48,351 nt of DNA, taken from the NCBI GenBank assembly GCA_964523515.1, contig CAZFZP010000002.1, positions 333-48,683 of the forward strand. Reading direction: 5' to 3'. Of this stretch, positions 17,062 to 26,160 are shown one piece after another. Each line of letters begins with the position of its first letter. Within the stretch, counting starts at the first letter, position 1. The position numbers and the translations under genes are program-made. Below the pieces are notes generated by a model. It searched no databases, was not told the DNA's origin, and worked only from the letters and a program-made list of their open reading frames with translations. The stretch comes from an uncultured Gammaproteobacteria bacterium. Lineage in GTDB: Bacteria > Patescibacteriota > Microgenomatia > Daviesbacterales > UBA10151.

Positions 17062-17817
17062 ATATTCTAAAGCTCCATAAAGGCCGTTTAGATCTCCAAG
17101 TTCAGCTTTTTTAATTGGGGGAATATCTTTAAAAATATCTATATTTTCTTTTAAGCTTTTCTCGATGTTTTCTAAATTGATACTTTGGATGATTCCTCCT
17201 CCTAAAACTATTATATTAGGTGACCAATCTACGATAATGTTATTTAGTCCTTCTGCTAAATATTTTTCTACTTCCTGCCAAACTGCCGGGTTTTTAATAT
17301 CTTCTGGTTTTTTACCGTATTTTTTTTCTAAAGCCATACCAGAGACAAATTCTCCCAGTCTTCCATCTCTAACCATCATCTGTCCCGGTTCAAAACCATG
17401 GACATTTTTATCGATTTTTCCATCTACAATTTTGACTCCACCTACACCTGTGCTGATAGTAAGATATGCCACAATTGAGTATCCTTTGCCAGCTCCAAGT
17501 GTTGCTTCTCCCAGTCCTGCCAATGTTGCATCATTTTCTAAATATACTGGAGCTTTAAAAATATCTTCTAAATCTTTTACTAAGGGTTTAGTAGTCCAGT
17601 TGGGCAGTTGAGGAGAATTTTCCAGACTTTTCTTATCATGATTTAACGGGCCAGCAATACCTCCGGCTAACGCCTCTATTTTTTGGTCTTTAAATTGCTT
17701 AAAACTTTCTAAACTATAATCTGCTGGGGTAGGTAAGATTAAAGGTTGATTAATAGTCTGTCCGTCCGAGGTGGCAATTCTGGTCTTGGTTCCGCCAATA
17801 TCAAACACTAGATACAT
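17041..17817 (-). CDS. ROK-family sugar kinase (putative glucokinase)
   Basis: MYLVFDIGGTKTRIA start (track N-terminal extension trimmed); ENDATLAGLGE and GTGVGGV-like motifs. Confidence 0.7.
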   Translation of the reverse strand: MYLVFDIGGTKTRIATSDGQTINQPLILPTPADYSLESFKQFKDQKIEALAGGIAGPLNHDKKSLENSPQLPNWTTKPLVKDLEDIFKAPVYLENDATLAGLGEATLGAGKGYSIVAYLTISTGVGGVKIVDGKIDKNVHGFEPGQMMVRDGRLGEFVSGMALEKKYGKKPEDIKNPAVWQEVEKYLAEGLNNIIVDWSPNIIVLGGGIIQSINLENIEKSLKENIDIFKDIPPIKKAELGDLNGLYGALEYLKQHTS

Positions 17818-17825
17818 TACTTTTA

Positions 17826-17856
17826 AGTTTACACTGCTTTGTTTTTTGTGTATAGT
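17826..17856. promoter_or_regulatory. fully overlapping divergent promoters for the ROK kinase (-) and cupin PGI (+)
   Basis: Plus strand: TTTACA(17828-33)-17 nt-TATAGT(17851-56), then 11 nt to ATG 17868. Minus strand: TATACA(17854-49)-17 nt-TAAACT(17831-26), then 8 nt to ATG 17817. Confidence 0.45.
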
Positions 17857-17867
17857 GGCTTTAAGAT

Positions 17868-18467
17868 ATGTTAAAACCTTTTGCCACAAGATCACAGACG
17901 GAAATGAAAGATGTGTTGATGGATCCTGGTGTTAGTGGACCTGAGGTTCACTATTATATGATCAGAGGTGGTAAGATCAAAAAAAATATTACAGTTTGGG
18001 AAGTGGGAAAGATAGGAGATGAATATATTAAAACTTATGGGCATTATCATGTTGGAGATTTAGATGAAACATATTGGGTAGTTGCTGGTGAAGGAGTTGT
18101 GCTTTTGCAAAATAGAAAATTAGATACAAATAATCATCCAATAGATGATGAAATAGAGAGTTTTTATGCCATTTGCGTAAAAAAAGGTGACAGTGTTTTT
18201 ATTCCTGCAGGAACTGGGCATTTAGTTTGTAATACAGGGGATACTTGGCTTACTACCATTGATGATTCTTTTGTGAATTTTGAGGAGGCAGATCCGGTTT
18301 CCTTGCCAGGACATGCAGATTATGAAGCAATAAAAAAACTACATGGATTTGCTTACTATTTAGTAGAAAAAGATGGGGAATTAAAGTTAGTAAAAAATGG
18401 AAATTATAAACAAGTTCCAGAACCTGTGTGGCTTTCTCCGCAGGAGTACAAAAAAATCCGCACGTAG
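17868..18467 (+). CDS. cupin-type glucose-6-phosphate isomerase (archaeal cPGI family)
   Basis: Blocks parallel the Pyrococcus-type cPGI as I recall it: VGKIGDEYIKTYGHYH, ETYWVVAGEGVVLLQ, IPAGTGHLVCNTGD, PGHADYEAI. Confidence 0.7.
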   Translation: MLKPFATRSQTEMKDVLMDPGVSGPEVHYYMIRGGKIKKNITVWEVGKIGDEYIKTYGHYHVGDLDETYWVVAGEGVVLLQNRKLDTNNHPIDDEIESFYAICVKKGDSVFIPAGTGHLVCNTGDTWLTTIDDSFVNFEEADPVSLPGHADYEAIKKLHGFAYYLVEKDGELKLVKNGNYKQVPEPVWLSPQEYKKIRT

Positions 18468-18570
18468 CGGATTTTCTTGAAAACTTATCTTACGACAAGC
18501 AGAAATATTTATACCATCCCTTAAAAATTTAGTCAACTGATATCAAATGTATCATGGTACAATAGATAAT

Positions 18571-18816
18571 ATGCAAATTGTGATATATAAGACTACTACT
18601 TGCCCTTTTTGCAAGATGGAAACAGAATATTTAACTTCTAAAGATATCCAGTTTGAAGAAGTTTATGTAGATAAAAATCCATCTGCAGCAGAAGAAATGA
18701 TAAAAATTTCCGGCCAGATGGGAGTGCCATTTACTGTTATAACTAAAGATGATAATAGTAAAGTTACAATCTTAGGATTTGACCGGGATAAGATAAATGC
18801 AGCATTAGAATTATGA
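18571..18816 (+). CDS. glutaredoxin/NrdH-like small redoxin
   Basis: MQIVIYKTTTCPFC (CPFC active site) and GVPFTVI. Start set to ATG 18571, 7 nt after an extended -10 TGgTACAAT (18555-18563). Confidence 0.7.
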   Translation: MQIVIYKTTTCPFCKMETEYLTSKDIQFEEVYVDKNPSAAEEMIKISGQMGVPFTVITKDDNSKVTILGFDRDKINAALEL

Positions 18817-19259
18817 TTTATTTAGGAGCTGACCATCGGGGCTTTGATCTAAAAGAAAGATTAAAAAAGAGGTTGATGGATGAAGGTTTTAAGGTTATAG
18901 ATTTAGGTAATGATCATTTAGATCCTCAAGATGACTATGTAGATTTTGCTCACAAAGTGGCTGATGCCGTGGTAGGTGGGGAGAAAAACAGAGGGATTAT
19001 TCTTTGTGGATCTGGGGCTGGAGTAGATATGGTGGCTAATAAAATTGATAGGATTAGGTCTGCCCTAGTTTTTGATGTTCCCCGGGCTATTCAAGCCAGA
19101 CAACATGAGGATGCTAATGTGATATCCCTGCCTGCAGATACTTTAGATGAAGAAGAAGCTTATAAAATTGTTAAAGCATTTTTAGAAACAGAATTCAGCG
19201 GTGAGGCAAGACATGTGAGAAGGTTAGAAAAATTAGAAGAGGTTGAAGAGAATGGCTAA
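18813..19259 (+). CDS. rpiB: ribose-5-phosphate isomerase B
   Basis: IYLGADHRGFDLKE, ILCGSGAGV (catalytic Cys) and a RHVRRL tail. Confidence 0.85.
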   Translation: MIYLGADHRGFDLKERLKKRLMDEGFKVIDLGNDHLDPQDDYVDFAHKVADAVVGGEKNRGIILCGSGAGVDMVANKIDRIRSALVFDVPRAIQARQHEDANVISLPADTLDEEEAYKIVKAFLETEFSGEARHVRRLEKLEEVEENG

Positions 19260-19893
19260 TATTATTCCAGCAATACTGGCAGTTACTGAAGAAGAATATA
19301 GAGCAAAGCTTCGCAAAATTGAGGAGAGTAGAGAGTTTGAATGGGTACAAATAGACCTCATGGACAACAAATTTGTTCAAAATGCTGGTATCGCTCCGGA
19401 AATTATTGCTAGATATCCTACAGACTTAAAAGTTGAGATCCATTTAATGGTAGAAAACCCTGCAAATTGGATGGATAAATTAAAACTTTTAGGAATTAGT
19501 AGGTTGGTTGCACATATAGAAGTTGGAGATGAGGAGATAAGAAAATTTATAGATAAGGTAAAAGAAGAGGGGTTAGAAGTAGGATTGGCTATTAATCCAG
19601 AAACTGAAGTTGATAAAGTTAAGCTATTTTTAAATGAGATAAATGCATTATTAGTTATGTCAGTGCATCCTGGAAAAAGTGGTCAGGAATTTATGCCAGA
19701 AGTTTTATCTAAAATTGAAGAGATAAAACAGAAGAATCCTGATACTTTAGTAGGTGTAGATGGTGGAATTGGGGTAGAAAATGCTAAACTAGTAGTAGAT
19801 GCGGGAGCTGACTATTTAGTAGTGGGCTCGCATTTAACTGATGGAAACATTGAGGAAAATTTTCAGATTCTTTGGCGGCAACTCAACAATTGA
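19243..19893 (+). CDS. rpe: ribulose-phosphate 3-epimerase-like
   Basis: IIPAIL, IDLMDNKFV, IHLMVENP, HPGKSGQEF, VDGGI and VVGS blocks. An alternative start is ATG 19252. Confidence 0.7.
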   Translation: MKRMANIIPAILAVTEEEYRAKLRKIEESREFEWVQIDLMDNKFVQNAGIAPEIIARYPTDLKVEIHLMVENPANWMDKLKLLGISRLVAHIEVGDEEIRKFIDKVKEEGLEVGLAINPETEVDKVKLFLNEINALLVMSVHPGKSGQEFMPEVLSKIEEIKQKNPDTLVGVDGGIGVENAKLVVDAGADYLVVGSHLTDGNIEENFQILWRQLNN

Positions 19894-20512
19894 AAAGGCC
19901 AAAACTATTGAACAAATAGCCATCTTCGGTTTTGCTGACGCTTTGCCGGACAGTAAACTTTACAAGCAGGCATACCAGGTAGCGTATCTTTTAGCCAAAG
20001 CTGGTTATATAGTAGTTGATGGGGGAGGGCCAGGAGTAATGGAGGCAGCAAGTAAAGGCGCCAAGAGTGGAGGAGGTAAGGTAATTGGCGTGACATTTTA
20101 TCCAACAGATGCTAAAAATTTTGAAGGTAGAATTGAGAGTAATCCAATTGATGAAGAAATAAAAACAGAAAATTATATTGAAAGGACCCTGACCTTAATG
20201 AAAGAAGGTCAGGTTTATGTGATCTTTAATGGAGCTTCAGGCACAATGTCAGAATTTGCCATGGCTTGGGGTTTGGCTAGAATCTATTTTGGGCATCATA
20301 AACCACTTATTTTGTATGGAAATTTCTGGAAGGATATTATGAATGCCCTAAAAGGTAATTTATTAGTGCGGCCGGTTGAAACCCGGGTATATAAAATTGT
20401 TAATTCCCCGGAAGAGGTACTACGGGCCATCAAGCAATTTGAAATAGAGATAGAACAAGGTGCTCATGAACATTTGCAGGCAAGTAAAGAAGAATCAGGT
20501 TATACTATTTAA
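19841..20512 (+). CDS. LOG/TIGR00730-family Rossmann-fold protein
   Basis: IAIFGFA...GYIVVDGGGPGVMEAASKGA...GKVIGV. The PGGxGTxxE motif is variant (NGASGTMSEF). Overlaps rpe by 53 nt, so the start is uncertain. Confidence 0.6.
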   Translation: METLRKIFRFFGGNSTIEKAKTIEQIAIFGFADALPDSKLYKQAYQVAYLLAKAGYIVVDGGGPGVMEAASKGAKSGGGKVIGVTFYPTDAKNFEGRIESNPIDEEIKTENYIERTLTLMKEGQVYVIFNGASGTMSEFAMAWGLARIYFGHHKPLILYGNFWKDIMNALKGNLLVRPVETRVYKIVNSPEEVLRAIKQFEIEIEQGAHEHLQASKEESGYTI

Positions 20513-20513
20513 T

Positions 20514-21398
20514 ATGTTAACTGCCCAAGAAATTAAAAACTTAGAAGAAAAAGCCAATTTAATCAGGCAGGATATTATCAAAATGCTGGTTGAAGCAGGG
20601 TCTGGCCACAGCGCCGGGCCTTTGGGGATGGCAGATGTATTCACTGCTTTGTATTTTAATATTTTAAATCATGATCCAAAAAAACCTGATTGGAGTGAGC
20701 GGGATAGATTAATTTTATCTAATGGCCATATCTGTCCGGTCAGATATGCTGCTATGGCCCATGCCGGATATTTCCCTATCTCTGAGCTTAAGACCTTAAG
20801 AAAACTGGGCAGTAGGTTACAGGGTCATCCCCACAGGACTACTTTGCCTGGAATTGAGACAACTTCAGGTCCCTTAGGTTCTGGTTTATCCCAATCTGTT
20901 GGTTTAGCAATAGCTGGGAAAATAGATCAGGTTAAATGGAGGGTGATTTGTTTAATGTCTGATGGAGAACAGGATGCTGGAAATACCTGGGAGGCAGTGA
21001 TGCTGGCTGCCAAAAATAAACTGCATAATTTAACTGCTTTAATTGACAGAAATAATATTCAGATAGATGGGTTTACAGAGGATATTATGCCCCTTGAAAA
21101 TCTTAAGGCCAAATATGAGGCATTTAATTGGCATGTTTTAGAGATTGATGGTCATAATATGCAGGAAATTATAGATGCTTTTTCTCAGGCAAAAGCTATA
21201 TATGAGAAACCAACAGTGATAATTGCCCACACCATTCCAGGTAAAGGAGTAAATTTTATGGAGAATGATTTTAAATGGCATGGTGTTCCACCTGGTGTGT
21301 CTGATATGCCAGGCGAGCCTCCCAAAAAAGATCAAGTTAAACTTGCTTTAGCTCAACTTAGAACTTTGCAAGGAAAAATTAGGAGCGAACATGAATAA
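20514..21398 (+). CDS. transketolase, N-terminal (TPP-binding) subunit
   Basis: GSGHSAGPLGMADV, LSNGH, GHP, GPLGSG and SDGEQDAGNTWEA. Start trimmed to MLTAQEIK, directly after the upstream stop. Confidence 0.85.
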   Translation: MLTAQEIKNLEEKANLIRQDIIKMLVEAGSGHSAGPLGMADVFTALYFNILNHDPKKPDWSERDRLILSNGHICPVRYAAMAHAGYFPISELKTLRKLGSRLQGHPHRTTLPGIETTSGPLGSGLSQSVGLAIAGKIDQVKWRVICLMSDGEQDAGNTWEAVMLAAKNKLHNLTALIDRNNIQIDGFTEDIMPLENLKAKYEAFNWHVLEIDGHNMQEIIDAFSQAKAIYEKPTVIIAHTIPGKGVNFMENDFKWHGVPPGVSDMPGEPPKKDQVKLALAQLRTLQGKIRSEHE

Positions 21399-22374
21399 TT
21401 TAAATCCAAAGTTATATGACGGCGATATTGAGCAAGTTCCATCCAGAAATGGATTTGGGGAAGGGTTGGTTTTGGCTGCAGAAGCAGACAAAAATGTGGT
21501 GGGGCTTTGTGCAGATTTAACAGAATCTACCAGAATTGAGGCTTTTGCCAAAAAATTTCCAGACAGGTTTGTAGAAATAGGGGTAGCAGAGCAAAATTTA
21601 GCCACAGTGGCAGCAGGGATGGCTTTGGGAGGGAAGATCCCCTTCATCTCTTCATATGCCACTTTTTCCCCGGGCAGAAATTGGGAGCAGATTAGAACGA
21701 CTATTTGTTATAATGATGTACCAGTTAAGATAATTGGTTCCCATGCCGGAATATCTGTAGGTCCAGATGGAGCCACCCATCAAGCTTTAGAAGATATTGC
21801 CATGATGCGGGCGCTGCCTAATATGGTAGTAGTGGTGCCGGCTGATTCTATTGAGGCGAGAAAGGCTACTGTGGCCATAGCTAAAAATAATAAGCCTTCG
21901 TATCTTAGATTATCCCGGGATAAAGTGCCTACGATTACAACAGAGCAGACCCCTTTTGAAATTGGCAAAGCAGAAATTTTTCAAGAAGGGAAGGACGCTG
22001 CCATTATAGCTTGTGGACAGATGGTTTATTTGAGCCTGTTGGCTGCTAAAGAGCTAGAAACGCACAACATTAGTGTTCGAGTAATAAATTGCCACTCTAT
22101 TAAACCAATTGATAAAAAAACTATTATCAAAGCTGCTGAAGAAACTGGTTGTATTGTAACAGCAGAGGAACATCAGATAACTGGGGGATTAGGTGCTGCT
22201 GTAGCAGAGGTAGTTTCACAAAATTATCCTGTGCCCATGAAAATTATTGGGGTGCAAGATCATTTTGGAGAATCAGGTGAACCAGTAGAGCTACTTCAAA
22301 AATTTGGTCTAACCAAAGAAGAGATTATCAAAGCAGTAATTTCAGTAATCAGAATGAAAGGAAATGATGTTTGA
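21391..22374 (+). CDS. transketolase, C-terminal (pyrimidine-binding) subunit
   Basis: FVEIGVAEQNL, GPDGATHQALEDIAMMRALPNM. AGGAG lies 5 nt before the ATG. Confidence 0.85.
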   Translation: MNNLNPKLYDGDIEQVPSRNGFGEGLVLAAEADKNVVGLCADLTESTRIEAFAKKFPDRFVEIGVAEQNLATVAAGMALGGKIPFISSYATFSPGRNWEQIRTTICYNDVPVKIIGSHAGISVGPDGATHQALEDIAMMRALPNMVVVVPADSIEARKATVAIAKNNKPSYLRLSRDKVPTITTEQTPFEIGKAEIFQEGKDAAIIACGQMVYLSLLAAKELETHNISVRVINCHSIKPIDKKTIIKAAEETGCIVTAEEHQITGGLGAAVAEVVSQNYPVPMKIIGVQDHFGESGEPVELLQKFGLTKEEIIKAVISVIRMKGNDV

Positions 22375-23350
22375 TTTGATTTCTGTTGGTGATGCTACAA
22401 TAGATACTTTTATTCAGATCCATGATGCAGAAGTTAAGTGTGATATTAATAAGGAAAATTGCCAGCTTTGTATTAAATATGGAGATAAAATTGCAGTTGA
22501 TAAGTTAACTCATCTGGTGGCTGGGAATGCGGCTAACAATGCTGTAGGGGGTAGTAGATTAGGACTTAAATCAGCAATCTACGTTAATTTAGGGGAAGAT
22601 AATTCCGGTAAACAGATTTCTGGAAAACTGAAAGAAGAAGGAGTAAATACTAGATATGTAGTAATTAACAGTGGGATGGAGTCAAATTACTCAGCTGTTT
22701 TAAACTTCCAGGGGGAAAGAACTATTTTTGTTTATCATCAAGATTGGAAATATAAATTACCTGATTTGGATAAAACCAGATGGATATATTTTACCTCGGT
22801 ATCTAAATCTTTCATAGAATCTAATTTAATTGCTGAACTGGCTCAATACTTACAAAGAACCGGGGCTAAACTTTTATATAATCCAGGGACTTATCAAATT
22901 CAGGCAGGGGTTAAAAAAATTCCCCAACTACTGTCTTTAACAGAAATTTTTATAGTGAATAAAGAGGAGGCCAAAAAAATCCTGGGTTTTAAAGAGGAAG
23001 AAGAGATCCCGGTAAAAAAGCTTTTGAAGGGGATTTGTGATTTAGGGCCTAAGATGGTAATTATAACTGATGGAAAGGATGGCTCATACGGATTTGATGG
23101 AGCTAACAATTATCAACTAGGAATATTCCCAGCTCATCTAGTTGAAATGACAGGAGCCGGTGATGGGTTTGCTACAGGAGTTCTCGCAGCTGTTTTCTAT
23201 GGTAAAGATTTGAAAGAGGCAATGAGGTGGGGAGCTGCCAGTGGAGCGTCTGTAGTAGAACAAGTTGGTCCTCAAGCAGGACTATTAACTTATAATAAGA
23301 TGCAAGAGAGGTTGAAAGAAAATGCTAAGATTATTGTTAAAGAGATATGA
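22364..23350 (+). CDS. PfkB/ribokinase-family carbohydrate kinase (candidate sugar-phosphate kinase)
   Basis: DLISVGDATIDTF, GNAANNAVG, and TGAGDGFATG near the C-terminus. Confidence 0.75.
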   Translation: MMFDLISVGDATIDTFIQIHDAEVKCDINKENCQLCIKYGDKIAVDKLTHLVAGNAANNAVGGSRLGLKSAIYVNLGEDNSGKQISGKLKEEGVNTRYVVINSGMESNYSAVLNFQGERTIFVYHQDWKYKLPDLDKTRWIYFTSVSKSFIESNLIAELAQYLQRTGAKLLYNPGTYQIQAGVKKIPQLLSLTEIFIVNKEEAKKILGFKEEEEIPVKKLLKGICDLGPKMVIITDGKDGSYGFDGANNYQLGIFPAHLVEMTGAGDGFATGVLAAVFYGKDLKEAMRWGAASGASVVEQVGPQAGLLTYNKMQERLKENAKIIVKEI

Positions 23351-24147
23351 ATCTGGATAAATTTACATCTGCAGGCAAATTTTTGATGCTGGCCTTGGAT
23401 CACAGGGGTTCTTTTAAGAAGATGATGAATCCACACAATCCTGATGCAGTTACTGATGAGCAGATAATCAGTTTAAAAAATGAGATTATAGTAGCTTTAC
23501 ATACTCAATTTTCCGGACTTTTGATAGATGAAACTTGGGGTTTGAAGGCTTGCCATGAAATTTGCCAAATAAAACCATTTTTATTACCTCTTGAGAAAAG
23601 CGGTTATACAGATCAATCCGGAGAAAGGATTACTGAGTTGGAATATTCAGTTTCTCATATTAAAGAAATGGGAGCATCAGGAGCTAAATTACTAATTTAT
23701 TTTAATCCAAATTTAGAAAGCGCCAAATTTCAATTAGAAACAGCCAGAAAGGTTTTAGATGAATGTAAATTAGCGGATTTCCCGTTTTTCTTGGAGATCG
23801 TAACTTATGGTGAGGGATTAAAAGCAGGGTTGGTGATAGAATCTGTGAGGGTTTTTAAAGAAATGGGGATTGTGCCGGATGTTTGGAAATTAGAATTTCC
23901 AGGGGATTTAGTAAGTTGTCAGGAATTAACTAAATTAGTTGAAGATACTCCTTGGATACTTCTGTCAGGTGGAGACAGCTTTGATGTTTTTAAATCTCAT
24001 GTAGAGGTAGCTACAAAATCTGGGGCAAAAGGATTTCTGGCAGGCAGGGCACTTTGGCAGGAGGTTTGTACTATACAAGGTGAAGAGAAACAAAAATTTT
24101 TAAACAAAATTTTACCGGAGAGATTTAAAGAAATAGCTAGTTTTTAG
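23347..24147 (+). CDS. class I aldolase of the DeoC/LacD (tagatose/fructose-1,6-bisphosphate aldolase) family
   Basis: Blocks parallel LacD as I recall it: LALDHRGSFKKMM, LLIDETWGL, EKSGYTD, FPFFLEIVTY, DVWKLEFP (Schiff-base Lys), LLSGGDSF, LAGRALW. Confidence 0.7.
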   Translation: MNLDKFTSAGKFLMLALDHRGSFKKMMNPHNPDAVTDEQIISLKNEIIVALHTQFSGLLIDETWGLKACHEICQIKPFLLPLEKSGYTDQSGERITELEYSVSHIKEMGASGAKLLIYFNPNLESAKFQLETARKVLDECKLADFPFFLEIVTYGEGLKAGLVIESVRVFKEMGIVPDVWKLEFPGDLVSCQELTKLVEDTPWILLSGGDSFDVFKSHVEVATKSGAKGFLAGRALWQEVCTIQGEEKQKFLNKILPERFKEIASF

Positions 24148-24165
24148 ACAAAATGTATCAATATA

Positions 24166-25131
24166 ATGAATAATGAAATTATGGATGTAATTATTATTGG
24201 AGGAGGTCCGGCAGGTTGTGCTGCTGCTATTTATGCCGCCCGCAAGAAATTAAAAACACTCCTGATCACAGAATCTTTTGGAGGGCAATCTATCGTTTCA
24301 GATGATATTCAGAATTGGATTGGTGAACCTCATATCTCCGGATTGGATCTAGCCAGAAAATTAGAAGGCCATGTTAAATTTTACTCAGAGATAGAAATTA
24401 AGATTGAGAGAGCAATAGGGACTAAATCAATGAAATGTCCAGACCCAACTAGATTTTGTGATTTTGAAGTACAGACGAACGCAGGATCTTATTCAGGAAA
24501 GAGTTTGGTGATAGCATCTGGGGCTAGAAGAAGAAGGCTGGGAGTTCCAGGAGAGGATAAATTTGAAGGCCGCGGGGTGGCTTTTTGTTCCACCTGTGAT
24601 GCGCCTTTATTTGTTAATAAAAAAGTGGCAGTGATAGGAGGAGGTAATTCTGGGCTTGAGACAGTGCATGACCTTTTCCCTTATGCTTCAGAAATTTATC
24701 TGTTAGACAGAGGGAATACTATTTTTGGCGATGAAACAACGCTGGAAGAAATTAAAAAAAATCCTAAATTGAAGGAAATTATTTTAAATGCTCAAGTCTT
24801 GGAGATTTTAGGAGAAAATTTAGTAACTAATATAAAATTTAAAGATATTAAAACCGGAGAAGAAAAAAACCTAGAAGTGGAAGGGATATTTGTAGAGATT
24901 GGTTCTATCCCTAACTCAGAAATTGTCAAAGATTTGGTTCAACTTGATGAACACAAACAAATAATGGTGAATTTTAAACATGCCACCACCTCTCATCCGG
25001 GAGTTTTTGCCGCAGGGGATGTGACAGATGATCCTTATAGGCAAAATAATATTTCAGTAGGAGACGGAGTGAGAGCTGCTTTGGCAGCTTATAATTATCT
25101 TTTGAAAAAACCAAAAAGTAGCCCGGCTTAA
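24166..25131 (+). CDS. trxB: thioredoxin-disulfide reductase
   Basis: GGGPAGCAAAIYAAR, redox-active CSTC, GGGNSG, and GDV..D near the C-terminus. Confidence 0.8.
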   Translation: MNNEIMDVIIIGGGPAGCAAAIYAARKKLKTLLITESFGGQSIVSDDIQNWIGEPHISGLDLARKLEGHVKFYSEIEIKIERAIGTKSMKCPDPTRFCDFEVQTNAGSYSGKSLVIASGARRRRLGVPGEDKFEGRGVAFCSTCDAPLFVNKKVAVIGGGNSGLETVHDLFPYASEIYLLDRGNTIFGDETTLEEIKKNPKLKEIILNAQVLEILGENLVTNIKFKDIKTGEEKNLEVEGIFVEIGSIPNSEIVKDLVQLDEHKQIMVNFKHATTSHPGVFAAGDVTDDPYRQNNISVGDGVRAALAAYNYLLKKPKSSPA

Positions 25132-25138
25132 GAAAAAT

Positions 25139-25351
25139 ATGTTAAATAGATTTTTAGAATTTTTTATAGTTGGAGTAATTTTAGGGGTAGTAGAAGATTT
25201 AATAGTCATATCTGTGGTTACAGAAAGACAGATAGATTTAAATGTGCTTATTTTTGCCTTTTTAATAGCTTTCCCTTTTGCGGTATTTTCAGAACTGATA
25301 GTGGATCACGAAAAATTTAAAGAGTTAATGAAACGTTGGTTTCACGGATAG
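25139..25351 (+). CDS. hypothetical small 2-TM membrane protein
   Basis: 70-aa ORF with two hydrophobic helices, 7 nt after trxB. Confidence 0.4.
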   Translation: MLNRFLEFFIVGVILGVVEDLIVISVVTERQIDLNVLIFAFLIAFPFAVFSELIVDHEKFKELMKRWFHG

Positions 25352-25356
25352 GCTTT

Positions 25357-26067
25357 TTAGTGAACGAGAACTCTGGTGCCAGGGTTATCTGTTGAAGCTC
25401 TGACTGCATTTTGTCCTTCCGGTACTACCGGACCAGCCCATTCAAAGATAGTGGCCGCATTAGCAAGTGGTGAATTTACGCATCCATGAGACATTGGTTG
25501 ACCAAAATTGTTATGCCAATAAGCTCCATGGATAGCATAGCCTTTATAAAAAAACATATTATTGGGCACATTTGCTAAATTATAATATGTACCTAAAGTT
25601 TTTGAACCACCTATCATACTTTGGTTTCTGGTTTTATACCAAATATTAAAAGTGCCTTTGGGGGTAGACACCCATTTTCCAGAAGAGATGAGGAATACCT
25701 GAACTAATGTATTGCCTTCCCAAGCCCGTAATTTTTGTTCATCTAAAGAAACCTCGATCCATTTTTCTACTCCTTCAGTGGTAGTGGTTCCCAAAATAGC
25801 ATTTTGGTTGCTTAATAAAGATTGAGTGAAAGAATAAGCCAAAGAGGTTTTTGGGTAATCAATTACCTCATTATTAAAAATAGCTGTAGTGGCTTCTTCA
25901 TCAAAGTTCCCATTTGAACTTAAGACTTCTGCTTCACTACAACAGGAAGTGGTGGGATCACCAGAGAAGCCAAATTTATAAGCTAAATCCCGCCTCAAAT
26001 CTCCAAAATTCCAAGTGGCAAAAACAGCAACTATTAAAACAGCAATTATGGGCAGTAACCGGTGCAT
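25357..26067 (-). CDS. L,D-transpeptidase (YkuD domain)
   Basis: YAIHGAYWHNNFGQPMSHGCVN catalytic His/Cys block and an N-terminal anchor. Start trimmed to MHRLLPIIAV. Confidence 0.75.
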   Translation of the reverse strand: MHRLLPIIAVLIVAVFATWNFGDLRRDLAYKFGFSGDPTTSCCSEAEVLSSNGNFDEEATTAIFNNEVIDYPKTSLAYSFTQSLLSNQNAILGTTTTEGVEKWIEVSLDEQKLRAWEGNTLVQVFLISSGKWVSTPKGTFNIWYKTRNQSMIGGSKTLGTYYNLANVPNNMFFYKGYAIHGAYWHNNFGQPMSHGCVNSPLANAATIFEWAGPVVPEGQNAVRASTDNPGTRVLVH

Positions 26068-26160
26068 GGGTATATTTTCATTGTGAAGTAGTTTGCTGAT
26101 GTCAGTCAAGAGGCAATTTGACAAAGTAAACCAAAGCATCTATACTATGGGATTATAGTT

